This document shows positions 28,193-40,634 of a stretch of DNA of 64,000 nucleotides, piece by piece; position 1 is the first letter of the stretch, and each line of letters starts with the position of its first letter. Under the pieces are notes generated by a model that was not told the origin of the DNA, ran no database searches, and saw only the letters and a program-made list of their open reading frames with translations. This DNA is from Prochlorococcus sp. AG-412-F02. Its GTDB lineage: Bacteria; Cyanobacteriota; Cyanobacteriia; PCC-6307; Cyanobiaceae. Location of the stretch: contig QCLA01000001.1 in assembly GCA_003214935.1 (NCBI GenBank), positions 136,492 to 200,491 of the forward strand. Direction: 5' to 3'. The position numbers and the translations under genes are program-made.

Positions 28193-29859
28193 TGAGAAAT
28201 AATTTTTTTGGAAATCGAATCAAAAAGTTTAAAAGAGGTTGTTTAATATGGAAAACACTTTTCTTACTATTGTTCAGTTTATGGTTAGACAATATAATTT
28301 TCACATTTCTCAGGACTAGTAATGATATAAAAAATAAGATTCAAATCAAACGGGCTAAATGGCTTACTAATGAATTAATTAAACTTGGATCTGCCTTTAT
28401 TAAAATTGGACAATTATTGTCTGCTAGACCTGATTTAATTCCTAAAACATGGATAAAAGAATTATCTAGATTACAGGATCAAGTTCCTCCATTTCCATTT
28501 AAACAAGTTGAAGGGACGATTTTACAAGAATTAGGACCGAAGTTCTCTAACATAGATCAAATAATATATCATCCGGTAGGATCAGCCTCATTAGCTCAGG
28601 TGCATAGAGGAAAGTTAAAGAATGGCAAAGAAGTAGTATTTAAAGTTCAAAGACCTAACTTAAAAGATTTATTCATTATAGATCTAGATATATTGCAACA
28701 GATTGCTGCTTTATTACAACGGAATAAGAATTGGAGTCGAGGAAGGAATTGGATTGCAATTGCAAAAGAGTGTAGAAAAGTTCTTATGAAAGAACTGGAT
28801 TTCAATTGTGAAGCTCAATATGCAGCAAGATTTAGACAGCAATTTCTAGATGATGAGAACGTCGAAGTTCCTGAAGTAATATGGGACATGAGTAGTGAAA
28901 AGGTTCTTTGTTTAAGTTATCTGGAAGGCACTAAAATAAGCGATTTAACAAAATTACAATCTCAAAATATTGACTTACCAAAAATTGCAGAAATAGGTGC
29001 AATTAGTTACTTAAAACAGCTTGTGAATTATGGGTTTTTCCATGCAGATCCTCATCCAGGTAATTTAGCAGTCTCAAAGAAAGGTAAATTAATCTTTTAT
29101 GATTTTGGAATGATGGGTAATATTTCCAATAATCTACAAAACAGGTTAGGAGATATGGTCAGGGCTGCTGCTTTCAGAGACGCAGCATCACTTGTCAGTC
29201 AATTACAACAAGCTGGTTTAATTTCAAAAGATATAGATATAGGTCCTGTAAGAAGACTAGTTAGATTAATGCTAAAAGAAGCCTTAACTCCACCATTTAG
29301 TCCAAATATTATTGAAAAGCTATCAGGAGATTTATATGAACTTGTTTATGAAACACCATTTCAGCTACCAGTAGATTTAATATTTGTTATGAGAGCATTG
29401 TCAACTTTTGAAGGTGTTGGCAGAATGTTAGATCCAGGGTTTAATCTTGTATCAGTTACGAAGCCTTATTTAATAGAACTTATGACTTCAAATAATCAAA
29501 CTCCAAACGATTTCATTAACCAATTTGGAAGGCAAGTCGGTGAAATAGGCTCTAAAGCGGTAGGTATACCAAAAAGAATAGATGAAAGTTTAGAAAGATT
29601 AGAGCAAGGAGACTTACAACTACAAATACGCATGGGTGAATCTGACAGACAATTTAAGAAAATGTTTACTGCTCAGAAAACATTAGGCCATTCAATTCTC
29701 ATAGGGAGCTTATCAATAGCATCAGCTTTACTTGTAACTAATAAACAAAATCACTTTGCATTATTACCATTAATCTTTGCAATCCCAATTAGTATTGATT
29801 GGATACAATGTCAATTAAGTATGAGAAAAGGATCACGCTTAGAAAATCTGAAGCGCTAA
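28192..29859 (+). CDS. ABC1/AarF/UbiB atypical protein kinase
   Basis: FIKIGQLLS.RPD, SASLAQVH, VFKVQRP, FFHADPHPGN, YDFGMMG. Confidence 0.95.
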   Translation: MRNNFFGNRIKKFKRGCLIWKTLFLLLFSLWLDNIIFTFLRTSNDIKNKIQIKRAKWLTNELIKLGSAFIKIGQLLSARPDLIPKTWIKELSRLQDQVPPFPFKQVEGTILQELGPKFSNIDQIIYHPVGSASLAQVHRGKLKNGKEVVFKVQRPNLKDLFIIDLDILQQIAALLQRNKNWSRGRNWIAIAKECRKVLMKELDFNCEAQYAARFRQQFLDDENVEVPEVIWDMSSEKVLCLSYLEGTKISDLTKLQSQNIDLPKIAEIGAISYLKQLVNYGFFHADPHPGNLAVSKKGKLIFYDFGMMGNISNNLQNRLGDMVRAAAFRDAASLVSQLQQAGLISKDIDIGPVRRLVRLMLKEALTPPFSPNIIEKLSGDLYELVYETPFQLPVDLIFVMRALSTFEGVGRMLDPGFNLVSVTKPYLIELMTSNNQTPNDFINQFGRQVGEIGSKAVGIPKRIDESLERLEQGDLQLQIRMGESDRQFKKMFTAQKTLGHSILIGSLSIASALLVTNKQNHFALLPLIFAIPISIDWIQCQLSMRKGSRLENLKR

Positions 29860-29864
29860 AAATA

Positions 29865-31160
<1,296 letters not shown>

Positions 31161-31422
31161 TTAATTATTACTATTTAAATCCTATAAATAGCTGAACTAT
31201 TTGGCTAATATATGAAATATATATAAGTTAATCAAATATTTTTTTTTGATTTCAAAACAAGTTTTGAATTTTATATGAAAAAATTCTTAAAAAATCTAAA
31301 AATCAGTTTTTAATGAGATTTTTTAGGATTTCATCTTATAATTTGAAAAATTTTGAATGATCATTAAGAATAATCTGAATTAAGATAAGGATAAATGATC
31401 AACTATAACTTTTTTATAGTTT

Positions 31423-34167
31423 ATGAGAGAAACTCTTACATCGAATCCTGAACTTTTTAGTGATATAAGTTGGAATCTTCTTCTGCAAGGAGAAGAAACT
31501 GCAAAAAAATGGGATCACAGCGAATTTAATATTGAGCATATTATTCATACATTGTTTACATCAAGTGAATTTTTTGCATTCATTGAAAAATTATCAATAG
31601 ATCAAGATACAGTTTTAGACATAACAGAGGATTTTCTAGAAGAGAATCCAACAAATGAGTCAGATATTTTTACGATTGGAGAAGATTTAGAACTTTTATT
31701 AGATAATGCAAATCAAATAAAAAGTCAATGGGGATCGAAGTTAATAGAAATTCCCCATTTATTAATTGCTCTTGGCAGAGATTTAAGGATAGGTAATTAC
31801 GCATTCCAAGAGGGCAATCTTTCAGTAGAGAAGTTAGAAGAAGAATTAAAGTTTTTTCCAAATATCAATCAATCAAAAAGTTACATTGAAAATAAAAAAG
31901 GAGATAAAATAAATAACCAATCCGACTTCGAATCTCCTAAAGAAAATTTATTAAAGGAAGAAAAAGCTATTGTTACCTCCGCAACAAATAAAATCACTAT
32001 TGATAGCAAAAAACAAGTTGAGGAAAATGTTCTTCTACTTTATGGAAAGGATTTAACCGCATCAGCTCAACAAGGCATACTGGATCCTGTTGTGGGAAGA
32101 GAAAATGAAATAAATAATCTAATGAGAATTCTATCTCGAAGAAGTAAAAATAATCCTATCCTTATTGGCAATCCTGGTGTTGGTAAAACCTCTATTGCTA
32201 AATTACTTGCTCAATTAATTATTGAAGAAAAAGTTCCTGATTCTTTGAAAAATTTTAAAATTATTTCTCTTGAATTAGGAGCTCTTGTATCAGGAACAAA
32301 ATTCAGAGGTCAGCTTGAAGAAAGGCTTAGTTTAATACTTGAAGAACTTAAAAATTCAGATCAAGGAATGATTTTATTTATTGATGAAATTCATTCAATC
32401 ATAAGTTCTGACAGATCTACTGCTGATATAGGAAATATTTTAAAACCTTTATTGGCTGAGGGAGAGCTTAGATGTATTGGCACTACCACTCCTGAAAAAT
32501 TCCGAGAAAGTATTGAAAAAGACCAAGCATTAAATAATTGTTTTCAAAAAATAGTAGTAAATGAACCCTCAGTTGAATTAACTGCAAAGATCCTACAGTG
32601 TATTAAAAAGAAGTATGAATTACATCATGGTATAAGAATCTCTAAAGAAGCAGTTAATTATTCTGCAAAACTTGCGGATAGATATATTAGCGATAAATGT
32701 CTCCCAGACAAAGCTATAGATTTAATTGATGAAGCAGCAGCACAATTGAAAATAGAATCTAATCTTAAACCTCAAATAATTATCCAACAAGAAAGCAAAA
32801 TTAATTCGATTGAACAAAAATTGAACAATTTACTAATTGAAAATTTTGAAGATAAAGAAAGATTATTGGATCAAAAAAACATATATGAGAATAAATTAAA
32901 CGACCTTTCTTGTGACTGGAATAATTTACGTTTACAAATGGAACAATTATCGTTTTTATTAAAAGAGGAAGATAAACTGCTTGGAAAACTCGAAGAATAC
33001 AATTCAGATTTTGAGACTTCAAATAGCCTTGATTATATAGGTAAGCTAGAAGATGATCTGAATGCAGTTGAAGCAGAAATTCAAGGCATTGAAGAAAGCT
33101 TTAAAAAATTCAATAAGAAGAAAAGTTTCCCCTTTAAATATCAAGTTGAGGCTGATGATATTGCTGATGTTGTTTCAAAAATAACCGGGATTCCCATTTC
33201 CAAAGTAGTTTCTAATGAGAGAAAGAAACTAGTTAACTTAGAAATAGAATTAAGTGAAAAAGTTATTGGACAAGAAAAAGCAATACAAGCTGTTTCTGCT
33301 GCAATACGAAGAGCCAGGGTTGGCATGAAAAATCCAAAAAGACCTGTTGGATCTTTTTTATTTATGGGTCCTACAGGTGTTGGTAAAACAGAACTAGCTA
33401 AAACACTTGCGGCTGCATTATTTGATGAAGAAGAAGCTTTATTGAGATTAGATATGAGTGAATATATGGAGAAAAATGCAGTAGCAAGACTTTTAGGAGC
33501 ACCTCCAGGTTATGTTGGCTACGAAGAGGGAGGACAGTTAACTGAAGCTGTAAGACTAAAACCTTACTCTGTAATACTCCTTGATGAAATTGAAAAAGCA
33601 CATTCAGAAGTATTTAATATTCTTTTGCAAGTTTTAGATGAAGGAAGATTAACTGATTCGCAAGGTAGAACAGTTGATTTTAAAAATACAGTTATCATTA
33701 TGACCAGCAATTTGGCAGGGAAAATAATTTTGGAATATTCAAAAAATAATAGTCAAAACAAGGAAAATCGAGAACTAAATAAACAATCTCTAGAAGATTC
33801 TATTAACAATTCATTGTCTTCTATTTTTAGACCAGAATTTTTAAACAGAATTGATGAAGTCGTACAATTTAAAACATTATCTATAGATCAACTTAAGAAA
33901 ATAATTATTCTTCAAATAGAAGATTTACAGAATCTACTTCTTGAACAAGGAATTAAAATTAATATCGATAATAAAGTTATTCATAAAATAGCTAATGATT
34001 CATACGAACCTGAATTTGGTGCAAGGCCACTTGGAAGAGAACTCAGAAGACAAATAGAAAACCCCCTAGCAATAAAACTATTAGAGGAAGATTTTAAAAA
34101 TAAAAAAAATATCACAATCAAAATTAGTCCTTCAAAAAAAGATGAGATTTTATTTAAACCTAGCTGA
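31423..34167 (+). CDS. clpB: ClpB-family AAA+ chaperone (divergent paralogue)
   Basis: Two NBDs ([15 protein letters not shown]; [15 protein letters not shown]), [12 protein letters not shown], middle coiled coil, [15 protein letters not shown]. Confidence 0.9.
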   Translation: MRETLTSNPELFSDISWNLLLQGEETAKKWDHSEFNIEHIIHTLFTSSEFFAFIEKLSIDQDTVLDITEDFLEENPTNESDIFTIGEDLELLLDNANQIKSQWGSKLIEIPHLLIALGRDLRIGNYAFQEGNLSVEKLEEELKFFPNINQSKSYIENKKGDKINNQSDFESPKENLLKEEKAIVTSATNKITIDSKKQVEENVLLLYGKDLTASAQQGILDPVVGRENEINNLMRILSRRSKNNPILIGNPGVGKTSIAKLLAQLIIEEKVPDSLKNFKIISLELGALVSGTKFRGQLEERLSLILEELKNSDQGMILFIDEIHSIISSDRSTADIGNILKPLLAEGELRCIGTTTPEKFRESIEKDQALNNCFQKIVVNEPSVELTAKILQCIKKKYELHHGIRISKEAVNYSAKLADRYISDKCLPDKAIDLIDEAAAQLKIESNLKPQIIIQQESKINSIEQKLNNLLIENFEDKERLLDQKNIYENKLNDLSCDWNNLRLQMEQLSFLLKEEDKLLGKLEEYNSDFETSNSLDYIGKLEDDLNAVEAEIQGIEESFKKFNKKKSFPFKYQVEADDIADVVSKITGIPISKVVSNERKKLVNLEIELSEKVIGQEKAIQAVSAAIRRARVGMKNPKRPVGSFLFMGPTGVGKTELAKTLAAALFDEEEALLRLDMSEYMEKNAVARLLGAPPGYVGYEEGGQLTEAVRLKPYSVILLDEIEKAHSEVFNILLQVLDEGRLTDSQGRTVDFKNTVIIMTSNLAGKIILEYSKNNSQNKENRELNKQSLEDSINNSLSSIFRPEFLNRIDEVVQFKTLSIDQLKKIIILQIEDLQNLLLEQGIKINIDNKVIHKIANDSYEPEFGARPLGRELRRQIENPLAIKLLEEDFKNKKNITIKISPSKKDEILFKPS

Positions 34168-34226
34168 GTAGCAAATCGATAAGCTAAAATAAATTTAAGC
34201 ATAAAGCTTAAGTTCAAAAAAATTTT

Positions 34227-34469
34227 GTGACAAATCCTACTACTAATCAAGAACCTCTTAAAAAAGAACCCTCTGAAATAGAAGAACCTAAGAAAAAGAA
34301 GAATTTTTTAAGAGCAACCTACGACGAGCTAAAACTTGTTGTGTGGCCGAACAAACAACAGCTATTTAGCGAATCGGTAGCGGTCATAATTATGGTATCC
34401 TTTTCAGCAGCTGCGATTGCATCTGTGAGCAGATTTTATGGATGGGCAGCATCACAAATTTTCCGTTAA
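34227..34469 (+). CDS. secE: Preprotein translocase subunit SecE
   Basis: ELKLVVWP motif plus one TM; precedes nusG. Confidence 0.95.
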   Translation: MTNPTTNQEPLKKEPSEIEEPKKKKNFLRATYDELKLVVWPNKQQLFSESVAVIIMVSFSAAAIASVSRFYGWAASQIFR

Positions 34470-34539
34470 ATTAATCCTTTTAATCTAACTTTTTTTCAAG
34501 TTCTTCAAATGATCTTTATCCAGTTCCCAGAAAAGAAAA

Positions 34540-35151
34540 ATGAGTAATGAATTAACTACTAACCTTGGTTCTACAAAAGCAAATACTAGTATTGCAAGAT
34601 GGTATGCTGTCCAAGTTGCTTCAAGCTGTGAAAAGAAAGTAAAAGCAACTCTTGAACAGAGATCCGTAACTTTAGGAGTTAATAACAGAATTATCGAAAT
34701 TGAAATTCCTCAAACTCCCGGCATAAAGTTAAAAAAAGATGGGAGCAGACAAACTACTGAAGAAAAAGTTTTTCCTGGTTATGTCCTTGTCAGAATGATT
34801 TTAGATGAAGATACCATGATGGCTGTTAAAAGCACCCCTAATGTTATTAACTTTGTTGGTGCAGATGATGGAAGAGGAAACGGAAGGTCCCGAGGTCATA
34901 TCAAACCTAGACCCTTATCTAGACAAGAAGTAAATAGAATATTTAAACGCGCTTCAGAGAAAAAGGCTGTTATAAAATTAGATATTGAGGAAAAAGATAG
35001 AATTATCGTAACTAGTGGTCCATTCAAGGATTTTCAAGGTGAAGTTATAGAAGTCTCTGGTGAAAGAAATAAATTAAAAGCATTACTTTCAATATTTGGG
35101 CGCGAAACTCCTGTAGAATTAGAATTCTCACAAATCAATAAACAAAATTAG
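34540..35151 (+). CDS. nusG: Transcription antitermination factor NusG
   Basis: [34 protein letters not shown]. Confidence 0.98.
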   Translation: MSNELTTNLGSTKANTSIARWYAVQVASSCEKKVKATLEQRSVTLGVNNRIIEIEIPQTPGIKLKKDGSRQTTEEKVFPGYVLVRMILDEDTMMAVKSTPNVINFVGADDGRGNGRSRGHIKPRPLSRQEVNRIFKRASEKKAVIKLDIEEKDRIIVTSGPFKDFQGEVIEVSGERNKLKALLSIFGRETPVELEFSQINKQN

Positions 35152-35219
35152 TTCTTAATTATTTTTGTTTATCGAGTAAAATTATTATTTTAAACTTCAG
35201 TTTAAACTCACTAAATCTA

Positions 35220-35645
35220 ATGGCAAAAAAAATTGTTGCGGTTATTAAACTTGCTCTTCAAGCCGGCAAAGCAAACCCTGCTCCTCCAGTTGGACCAGCT
35301 TTAGGTCAACATGGTGTGAATATCATGGCATTTTGCAAAGAATATAATGCAAAGACTCAAGATAAAGCGGGTTTCGTAATTCCAGTTGAGATTTCAGTTT
35401 TTGAAGATAGAAGCTTTACCTTCATTACCAAAACGCCTCCTGCTTCTGTCTTGATTACTAAGGCCGCGGGTATCGAGAAAGGCGCTGGTGAATCATCAAA
35501 AGGTTCTGTTGGGAATATAAGTAAAGCTCAATTAGAAGAAATAGCCAAAACTAAGCTTCCTGATTTAAACTGTACAAGTATTGAATCTGCAATGAAAGTA
35601 ATTGAGGGAACCGCTCGTAACATGGGTGTCTCTATTACTGAATAA
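35220..35645 (+). CDS. rplK: 50S ribosomal protein L11
   Basis: [22 protein letters not shown]. Confidence 0.99.
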   Translation: MAKKIVAVIKLALQAGKANPAPPVGPALGQHGVNIMAFCKEYNAKTQDKAGFVIPVEISVFEDRSFTFITKTPPASVLITKAAGIEKGAGESSKGSVGNISKAQLEEIAKTKLPDLNCTSIESAMKVIEGTARNMGVSITE

Positions 35646-35673
35646 ATTCAAAACTCAATTGTTCACTTTTTTA

Positions 35674-35703
35674 GGGGAGGTTAATTTCTAACCGATTGTA
35701 CCC
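35674..35703 (+). promoter_or_regulatory. Putative L1-binding autoregulatory RNA element between rplK and rplA
   Basis: GGGGA-GGTTA-atttc-TAACC-GATTGT-ACCC: two helices flanking an asymmetric internal loop, 9 nt before rplA ATG. Confidence 0.6.
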
Positions 35704-35712
35704 AAACTGATT

Positions 35713-36420
35713 ATGAAGAAACTATCTAAAAGAATGGCGGCTCTATCAACAAAGATAAAAGATCGCATTTACGAACCTCTCGAAGCTCTCAGCATTATCA
35801 AAGAAAATGCAAACGCTAAATTCGATGAAACTATTGAAGCTCATATACGTCTAGGTATTGATCCAAAATATACTGACCAACAACTCAGGACAACAGTTGC
35901 CTTACCTCATGGAACTGGTCAAAGTATCAAAATAGCAGTTATTACAAGCGGTGAAAATGTATCCAAAGCTAAATCGGCCGGGGCAGACTTATTTGGAGAA
36001 GAAGACCTAGTGGAAAGCATCAACAAAGGCAATATGGAATTTGATTTACTTATTGCAACACCAGATATGATGCCAAAAGTTGCAAAATTAGGAAGAGTTT
36101 TAGGGCCCAGAGGATTAATGCCTAATCCGAAAGCAGGAACAGTCACAAATGATATTTCAAATGCCATAAAAGAATTTAAGGCTGGAAAACTTGAATTTAG
36201 AGCAGATAAAGCAGGTATTGTTCATGTTCGCTTTGGAAAAGCTAGTTTTACAAAAGAGGCTCTATTTGACAACTTAAAGACATTACAAGAGTCAATAGAT
36301 AAAAACAAACCTACCGGAGCTAAAGGAAAGTATTGGAAAACTTGTTATGTAACTTCAACTATGGGTCCTTCCGTTCAGCTAGATATAAATGCTTTACAAG
36401 ATTCTCAAGTCGAAGGTTAA
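35713..36420 (+). CDS. rplA: 50S ribosomal protein L1
   Basis: [34 protein letters not shown]. Confidence 0.99.
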   Translation: MKKLSKRMAALSTKIKDRIYEPLEALSIIKENANAKFDETIEAHIRLGIDPKYTDQQLRTTVALPHGTGQSIKIAVITSGENVSKAKSAGADLFGEEDLVESINKGNMEFDLLIATPDMMPKVAKLGRVLGPRGLMPNPKAGTVTNDISNAIKEFKAGKLEFRADKAGIVHVRFGKASFTKEALFDNLKTLQESIDKNKPTGAKGKYWKTCYVTSTMGPSVQLDINALQDSQVEG

Positions 36421-36450
36421 CTCACTGTAGTATAATTTAAATGCAATAAT

Positions 36451-36575
36451 ACGGCCAAAGAAAGTAGGTTTATTTAGGTAATCTAAATTCTTAATTCCTA
36501 CCGAGGACACGTCTTAATTATTTCTTTTTGGATCTAATAAACGCGGCCTCTTTATAAAAGAACTTTGCCGCATTT
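36451..36575 (+). promoter_or_regulatory. L10 leader (rplJ-rplL autoregulatory RNA), with TATAAT -10 box at 36431-36436
   Basis: CCAAAGAAAGTAGG...TTAA.TCCTACCGAGG matches the L10-leader core (GTAGG/CCTAC helix); CGGC(36452) can pair with GCCG(36567); boundaries approximate. Confidence 0.75.
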
Positions 36576-36609
36576 CCTGCTCTTCCTAAATTACGATCCA
36601 AAAAAAACA

Positions 36610-37137
36610 ATGGGCCGAACACTAGAGAATAAGCAACAAATCGTTTCTGAGATTAAATCTCTTTTAAACGAGACGGAAATGGCTGTGGTTCTTGACTATA
36701 AAGGTTTAACCATCAAAGAAATGTCAGATTTGCGATCAAGGTTGCAAACAAATAACGGCATTTGCAAAGTTACTAAAAATTCATTAATGCGAAAAGCCAT
36801 TGATGGTGATAGTAATTGGAACGATCTTGAATCTTTACTAACGGGAACTAATGCTTTTGTCTTAATAAAAGAAGATGTTGGAGGTGCAGTAAAAGCAATC
36901 CAATCTTTTCAAAAAGACACTAAAAAATCCGAAACCAAAGGAGCTTTATTTGAAGGTAGACTTCTAAGCGATTCTGAAATCAAAGAAATTGCAAGTCTTC
37001 CATCCAAAGAGGTATTGATGGCAAAAATTGCCGGCGCACTAAATGGTGTTGCTACAAAAATTGCAATCTCTATCAATGAAGTACCTTCTGGACTTGCTAG
37101 ATCACTCAAACAACATTCTGAAAAATCAGAATCTTAA
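36610..37137 (+). CDS. rplJ: 50S ribosomal protein L10
   Basis: [12 protein letters not shown] start at ATG 36610; DYKGLT, KVTKNSL, LPSKE.L. Confidence 0.98.
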   Translation: MGRTLENKQQIVSEIKSLLNETEMAVVLDYKGLTIKEMSDLRSRLQTNNGICKVTKNSLMRKAIDGDSNWNDLESLLTGTNAFVLIKEDVGGAVKAIQSFQKDTKKSETKGALFEGRLLSDSEIKEIASLPSKEVLMAKIAGALNGVATKIAISINEVPSGLARSLKQHSEKSES

Positions 37138-37166
37138 ATTCCAACACTAATTAATTTATTAAGACA

Positions 37167-37562
37167 ATGTCTGCAACAACTGAAAAAATTCTTGAATCAT
37201 TAAAATCACTCTCACTTTTAGAAGCATCTGAGCTTGTAAAACAAATTGAAGAGACTTTTGGTGTGTCCGCTGCAGCCTCTGCAGGTGTAGTAATGGCCGC
37301 TCCAGGAGCAGCTGGTGGAGATGGAGATGGAGGCGCTGCTGAAGAAAAAACTGAATTTGATGTAATTCTAGAAAGCTTTGATGCAGCTGCAAAAATCAAA
37401 GTCCTCAAAGTTGTAAGGAATGCAACGGGTCTTGGTCTTGGCGATGCAAAAGCACTTGTTGAATCTGCACCAAAGACAGTAAAAGAAGGAGTAGCGAAAG
37501 CAGATGCTGAATCTTTAAAGAAAGAGATTGAAGAAGCTGGCGGTAAAGTTACACTGAAGTAA
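37167..37562 (+). CDS. rplL: 50S ribosomal protein L7/L12
   Basis: [39 protein letters not shown]. Confidence 0.99.
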   Translation: MSATTEKILESLKSLSLLEASELVKQIEETFGVSAAASAGVVMAAPGAAGGDGDGGAAEEKTEFDVILESFDAAAKIKVLKVVRNATGLGLGDAKALVESAPKTVKEGVAKADAESLKKEIEEAGGKVTLK

Positions 37563-37578
37563 AAGTACATTGTTTTCG

Positions 37579-37604
37579 AGCCGATATACCTAATATCGGC
37601 TTTT
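37579..37604 (+). terminator. Hairpin/terminator after rplL
   Basis: AGCCGATAT-accta-ATATCGGCT followed by TTT. Confidence 0.7.
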
Positions 37605-37608
37605 ACTC

Positions 37609-38319
37609 ATGAATAGTGAAAGTATTGCAATTGAAGCTGCAACTGACGGTGCCTGTAGTGGTAATCCCGGGCCAGGAGGTTGGGGCGGTTTAATAATCTT
37701 TGAAGATAATAGTGAATTAGAAATAGGTGGTTCAGAACAAAATACAACTAACAATAGAATGGAACTCACTGCAGCGATAAAAACACTTGAAAAATTAAGA
37801 AGTTATCAACTAAAAGAAAACTTTAGATTAAGAACAGATAGTAAATATGTAATAGAGGGTTATACCAAATGGATTATAAATTGGAAAAGGAATGGATGGA
37901 AAACAAGTACAGGAAAAGCAGTTCAAAATTTAGATTTATGGCAAAAAATAGATCAATTAAGAATTAATGGTTTAGAAATGGAATATGTTAAGGGTCATAG
38001 TGGAGACAAACAAAATGATCGAGTCGATTTAATTGCCACGAATTACAGTAAAGGTATCTCTATAGTAAGCAACTGTAAAGAATCAGAGGACGTTTTTGAC
38101 AAACCAGCACCAAAAGCAATTCAAGAATTATTTACAAGAAATGAATTAATCCAAAAATTTGCAGAAAAAAAATATTTATTAAGCTCAAATGAACTTAGTA
38201 AATTACTTGGTGAAGAAAACATCGTGCAAATAAAAAAATATGCATTGTTTGAATGTCGCAATTGGAGATTAATTCCTAAAGATAAACAATATTGGATAAT
38301 AGAAAATAAAGACTCTTAA
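37609..38319 (+). CDS. rnhA: Ribonuclease HI with C-terminal extension
   Basis: [35 protein letters not shown]...NDRVD. Confidence 0.95.
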   Translation: MNSESIAIEAATDGACSGNPGPGGWGGLIIFEDNSELEIGGSEQNTTNNRMELTAAIKTLEKLRSYQLKENFRLRTDSKYVIEGYTKWIINWKRNGWKTSTGKAVQNLDLWQKIDQLRINGLEMEYVKGHSGDKQNDRVDLIATNYSKGISIVSNCKESEDVFDKPAPKAIQELFTRNELIQKFAEKKYLLSSNELSKLLGEENIVQIKKYALFECRNWRLIPKDKQYWIIENKDS

Positions 38320-38325
38320 TTTCTT

Positions 38326-39495
38326 ATGCATGAACAGAAAGGAGTATTTAAAAAACTTTATAGAAACTTGATTACTCCTATACTTCAAAAAGATACAGGC
38401 ATAGATGCAGAATATTTAACCAATTTCTCGCTAAGCCTTCTATCATTCAGTTCAAGAAAACAACATTGGCCTGTAATTGCAGCAATTCTAAGTAACCTAA
38501 ATAAGGAATTTTGTATTGTTGATAAAAGATTAAGTCAAAAAATATGTGGAATAAATTTCTGCAATCCAATTGGTTTGGCAGCAGGTTTCGACAAAAATGG
38601 TAGTGCCGTAAATATTTGGACAAAATTTGGTTTTGGATTTACTGAAATAGGTACAGTTACTAAATTTGCACAAAATGGAAATCCAAAACCAAGATTATTT
38701 AGATTGGCAGAAGAAGAGGCAGCTTTAAATAGAATGGGCTTCAATAATAGAGGTGCTCAAAATCTAGTTAAAAATTTGCATGAACAAGGTATTCCTTTAA
38801 AAAAGAATAGACAAAATATTTGTTTGGGAATCAATTTTGGTAAATCTAGAATTACTGGCTTATCTGATGCTAAAGAAGATTATTTAACTTCTCTAAAATT
38901 GTTAATCCCATTTTGTGATTATGCAGCAATAAACGTAAGCTCGCCTAATACTGAAGGACTAAGAAAATTACAAGATCCAGTTCGGCTAAGAGAACTTCTT
39001 AGAGAAATTAAAACTTTACCTAATTGCCCTCCTCTATTTGTAAAAATTGCACCAGATTTAAGCTTCAAAGAAATTGAGGATATTTGTAAATTAATAAATG
39101 AAGAAAAAATTGATGGAATAATTGCTACTAATACCAGTCTAGATAGATTAGGCCTTGAACAAAGGAAGATCGAACAAACAGGATTATTACTTTCTGAAGA
39201 AAATGGGGGGTTAAGTGGAAGACCACTTCAAAAAAAAGCAAATAAAATAATCAAGCATATACATAATATTGATAGAACAATTATTTTAATTGGAGTTGGT
39301 GGGATTGATAGTCCTGAGTCCGCATGGGAACGAATTTGCTCTGGAGCATCTTTAGTTCAACTTTATACTGGATGGATATATAAAGGACCGCAATTAGTTC
39401 CAAATATTTTAAATGGAATTATGAAGCAACTGGATATCCATCAATTATCAAATATAAAAGAAGCTATTGGATCAGATCTAAAATGGGTCGATTAA
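38326..39495 (+). CDS. pyrD: Dihydroorotate dehydrogenase (quinone, class 2)
   Basis: GLAAGFDKNG, NRMGFNN, NVSSPNT.GLR, VKIAPD, GGLSG, QLYTG. Confidence 0.97.
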   Translation: MHEQKGVFKKLYRNLITPILQKDTGIDAEYLTNFSLSLLSFSSRKQHWPVIAAILSNLNKEFCIVDKRLSQKICGINFCNPIGLAAGFDKNGSAVNIWTKFGFGFTEIGTVTKFAQNGNPKPRLFRLAEEEAALNRMGFNNRGAQNLVKNLHEQGIPLKKNRQNICLGINFGKSRITGLSDAKEDYLTSLKLLIPFCDYAAINVSSPNTEGLRKLQDPVRLRELLREIKTLPNCPPLFVKIAPDLSFKEIEDICKLINEEKIDGIIATNTSLDRLGLEQRKIEQTGLLLSEENGGLSGRPLQKKANKIIKHIHNIDRTIILIGVGGIDSPESAWERICSGASLVQLYTGWIYKGPQLVPNILNGIMKQLDIHQLSNIKEAIGSDLKWVD

Positions 39496-39509
39496 AACAA
39501 AAATGATTA

Positions 39510-40634
39510 ATGAATAAATCAAAAGGATATGATTCCTCTACAAAAAATAGGCAATCATCAACCTTCCATCATGGAGGGAATGTATTTTCTCATGCAAAAA
39601 AATTAAATCTATCACCATCGGCAATTATTGATTCAAGTGCCTCTTTGGTTCCCTTTAAACCTCCGCAAATACTTTTAGACTCGCTAAATTCAGAAATTAA
39701 AAATCTTGGTTTCAGGTTTTATCCTGAGAGAGGTCTAAATAGCTTGAAAGAGACAATTGGTGAATTTCATAAAATAAATCCAGAAAATATATTACCGGGG
39801 AATGGCGCCTCTGAGCTAATCACATGGGCAGGTTTTGAAGCATCCAAATTTGGTATAAGTTGTATTCCCTCTCCTGGTTTTGTTGATTATGAAAGATCTT
39901 TAAATTGTTGGAATAGCAATTTCATTTATTCAGAATTACCAACATACTGGAGTAACATTTTCCCCCAACCTTTTCCACTTAATCCTATAGGTGATGTAAT
40001 TTGGATAACCAACCCACACAACCCGACTGGCCAATTATGGGAAAAAGAATCTTTAGAATTGATCTTAGAAAAATATAAGTTAGTAATTTGTGATGAAGCC
40101 TTCCTATCAATAACCCCAAATGGAGAACCACAATCTTTAATACCACTAACAAAAAGATACGATAATTTATTAGTTTTAAGGAGTTTGACCAAACTCTTTA
40201 ATATTCCAGGGCTTAGATTAGGTTACGTTATTGGTTCTCCACAAAAACTTAGACAATGGAATATAAATAGAGATCCATGGCCATTGAATTCCTTTGCAAT
40301 TAAAGCTGGAATTGAGCTATTAAGCAATAAGACTTTTTATGAACAATGGACAAAGAAGATTCACAATTGGATTCTTACTGAAAAAAAATGGGTTTATAAT
40401 GAATTGTCAAAAGTTGAAAATCTTAAAATACATAGCTCCTCAACTAACTTTTTTTTAATAGAAAGTAAATCCTCTTTATCGCCAAATATTCAATATTTAG
40501 AACATAAGGGGATATTAATTAGAGAATGCTCCTCATTCAGATTTCTTAATGAAAAATGGGCAAGAATAAGTCTTCAGAGTAGCAAAAACAATAAAATCTT
40601 ATGCAAAGAAATTCAAAATTCTTTTAAAAAATAA
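39510..40634 (+). CDS. Threonine-phosphate decarboxylase-like PLP enzyme (CobD/CobC)
   Basis: HGGN, GNGASE, NPHNPTG, DEAF, RSLTK.FNIPGLRLGY, PW.LN. Confidence 0.8.
   Translation: MNKSKGYDSSTKNRQSSTFHHGGNVFSHAKKLNLSPSAIIDSSASLVPFKPPQILLDSLNSEIKNLGFRFYPERGLNSLKETIGEFHKINPENILPGNGASELITWAGFEASKFGISCIPSPGFVDYERSLNCWNSNFIYSELPTYWSNIFPQPFPLNPIGDVIWITNPHNPTGQLWEKESLELILEKYKLVICDEAFLSITPNGEPQSLIPLTKRYDNLLVLRSLTKLFNIPGLRLGYVIGSPQKLRQWNINRDPWPLNSFAIKAGIELLSNKTFYEQWTKKIHNWILTEKKWVYNELSKVENLKIHSSSTNFFLIESKSSLSPNIQYLEHKGILIRECSSFRFLNEKWARISLQSSKNNKILCKEIQNSFKK

Noticed and set aside
31282-31331. Imperfect inverted repeat between eno and clpB
   Set aside because: Mostly A/T runs, plausible by chance; not a CIRCE sequence
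33981-34250. 89-aa antisense ORF spanning clpB end and secE start
   Set aside because: Overlaps two real genes on the opposite strand; no supporting motif
37151-37570. 139-aa antisense ORF covering rplL
   Set aside because: Typical antisense open frame of a highly biased ribosomal-protein gene
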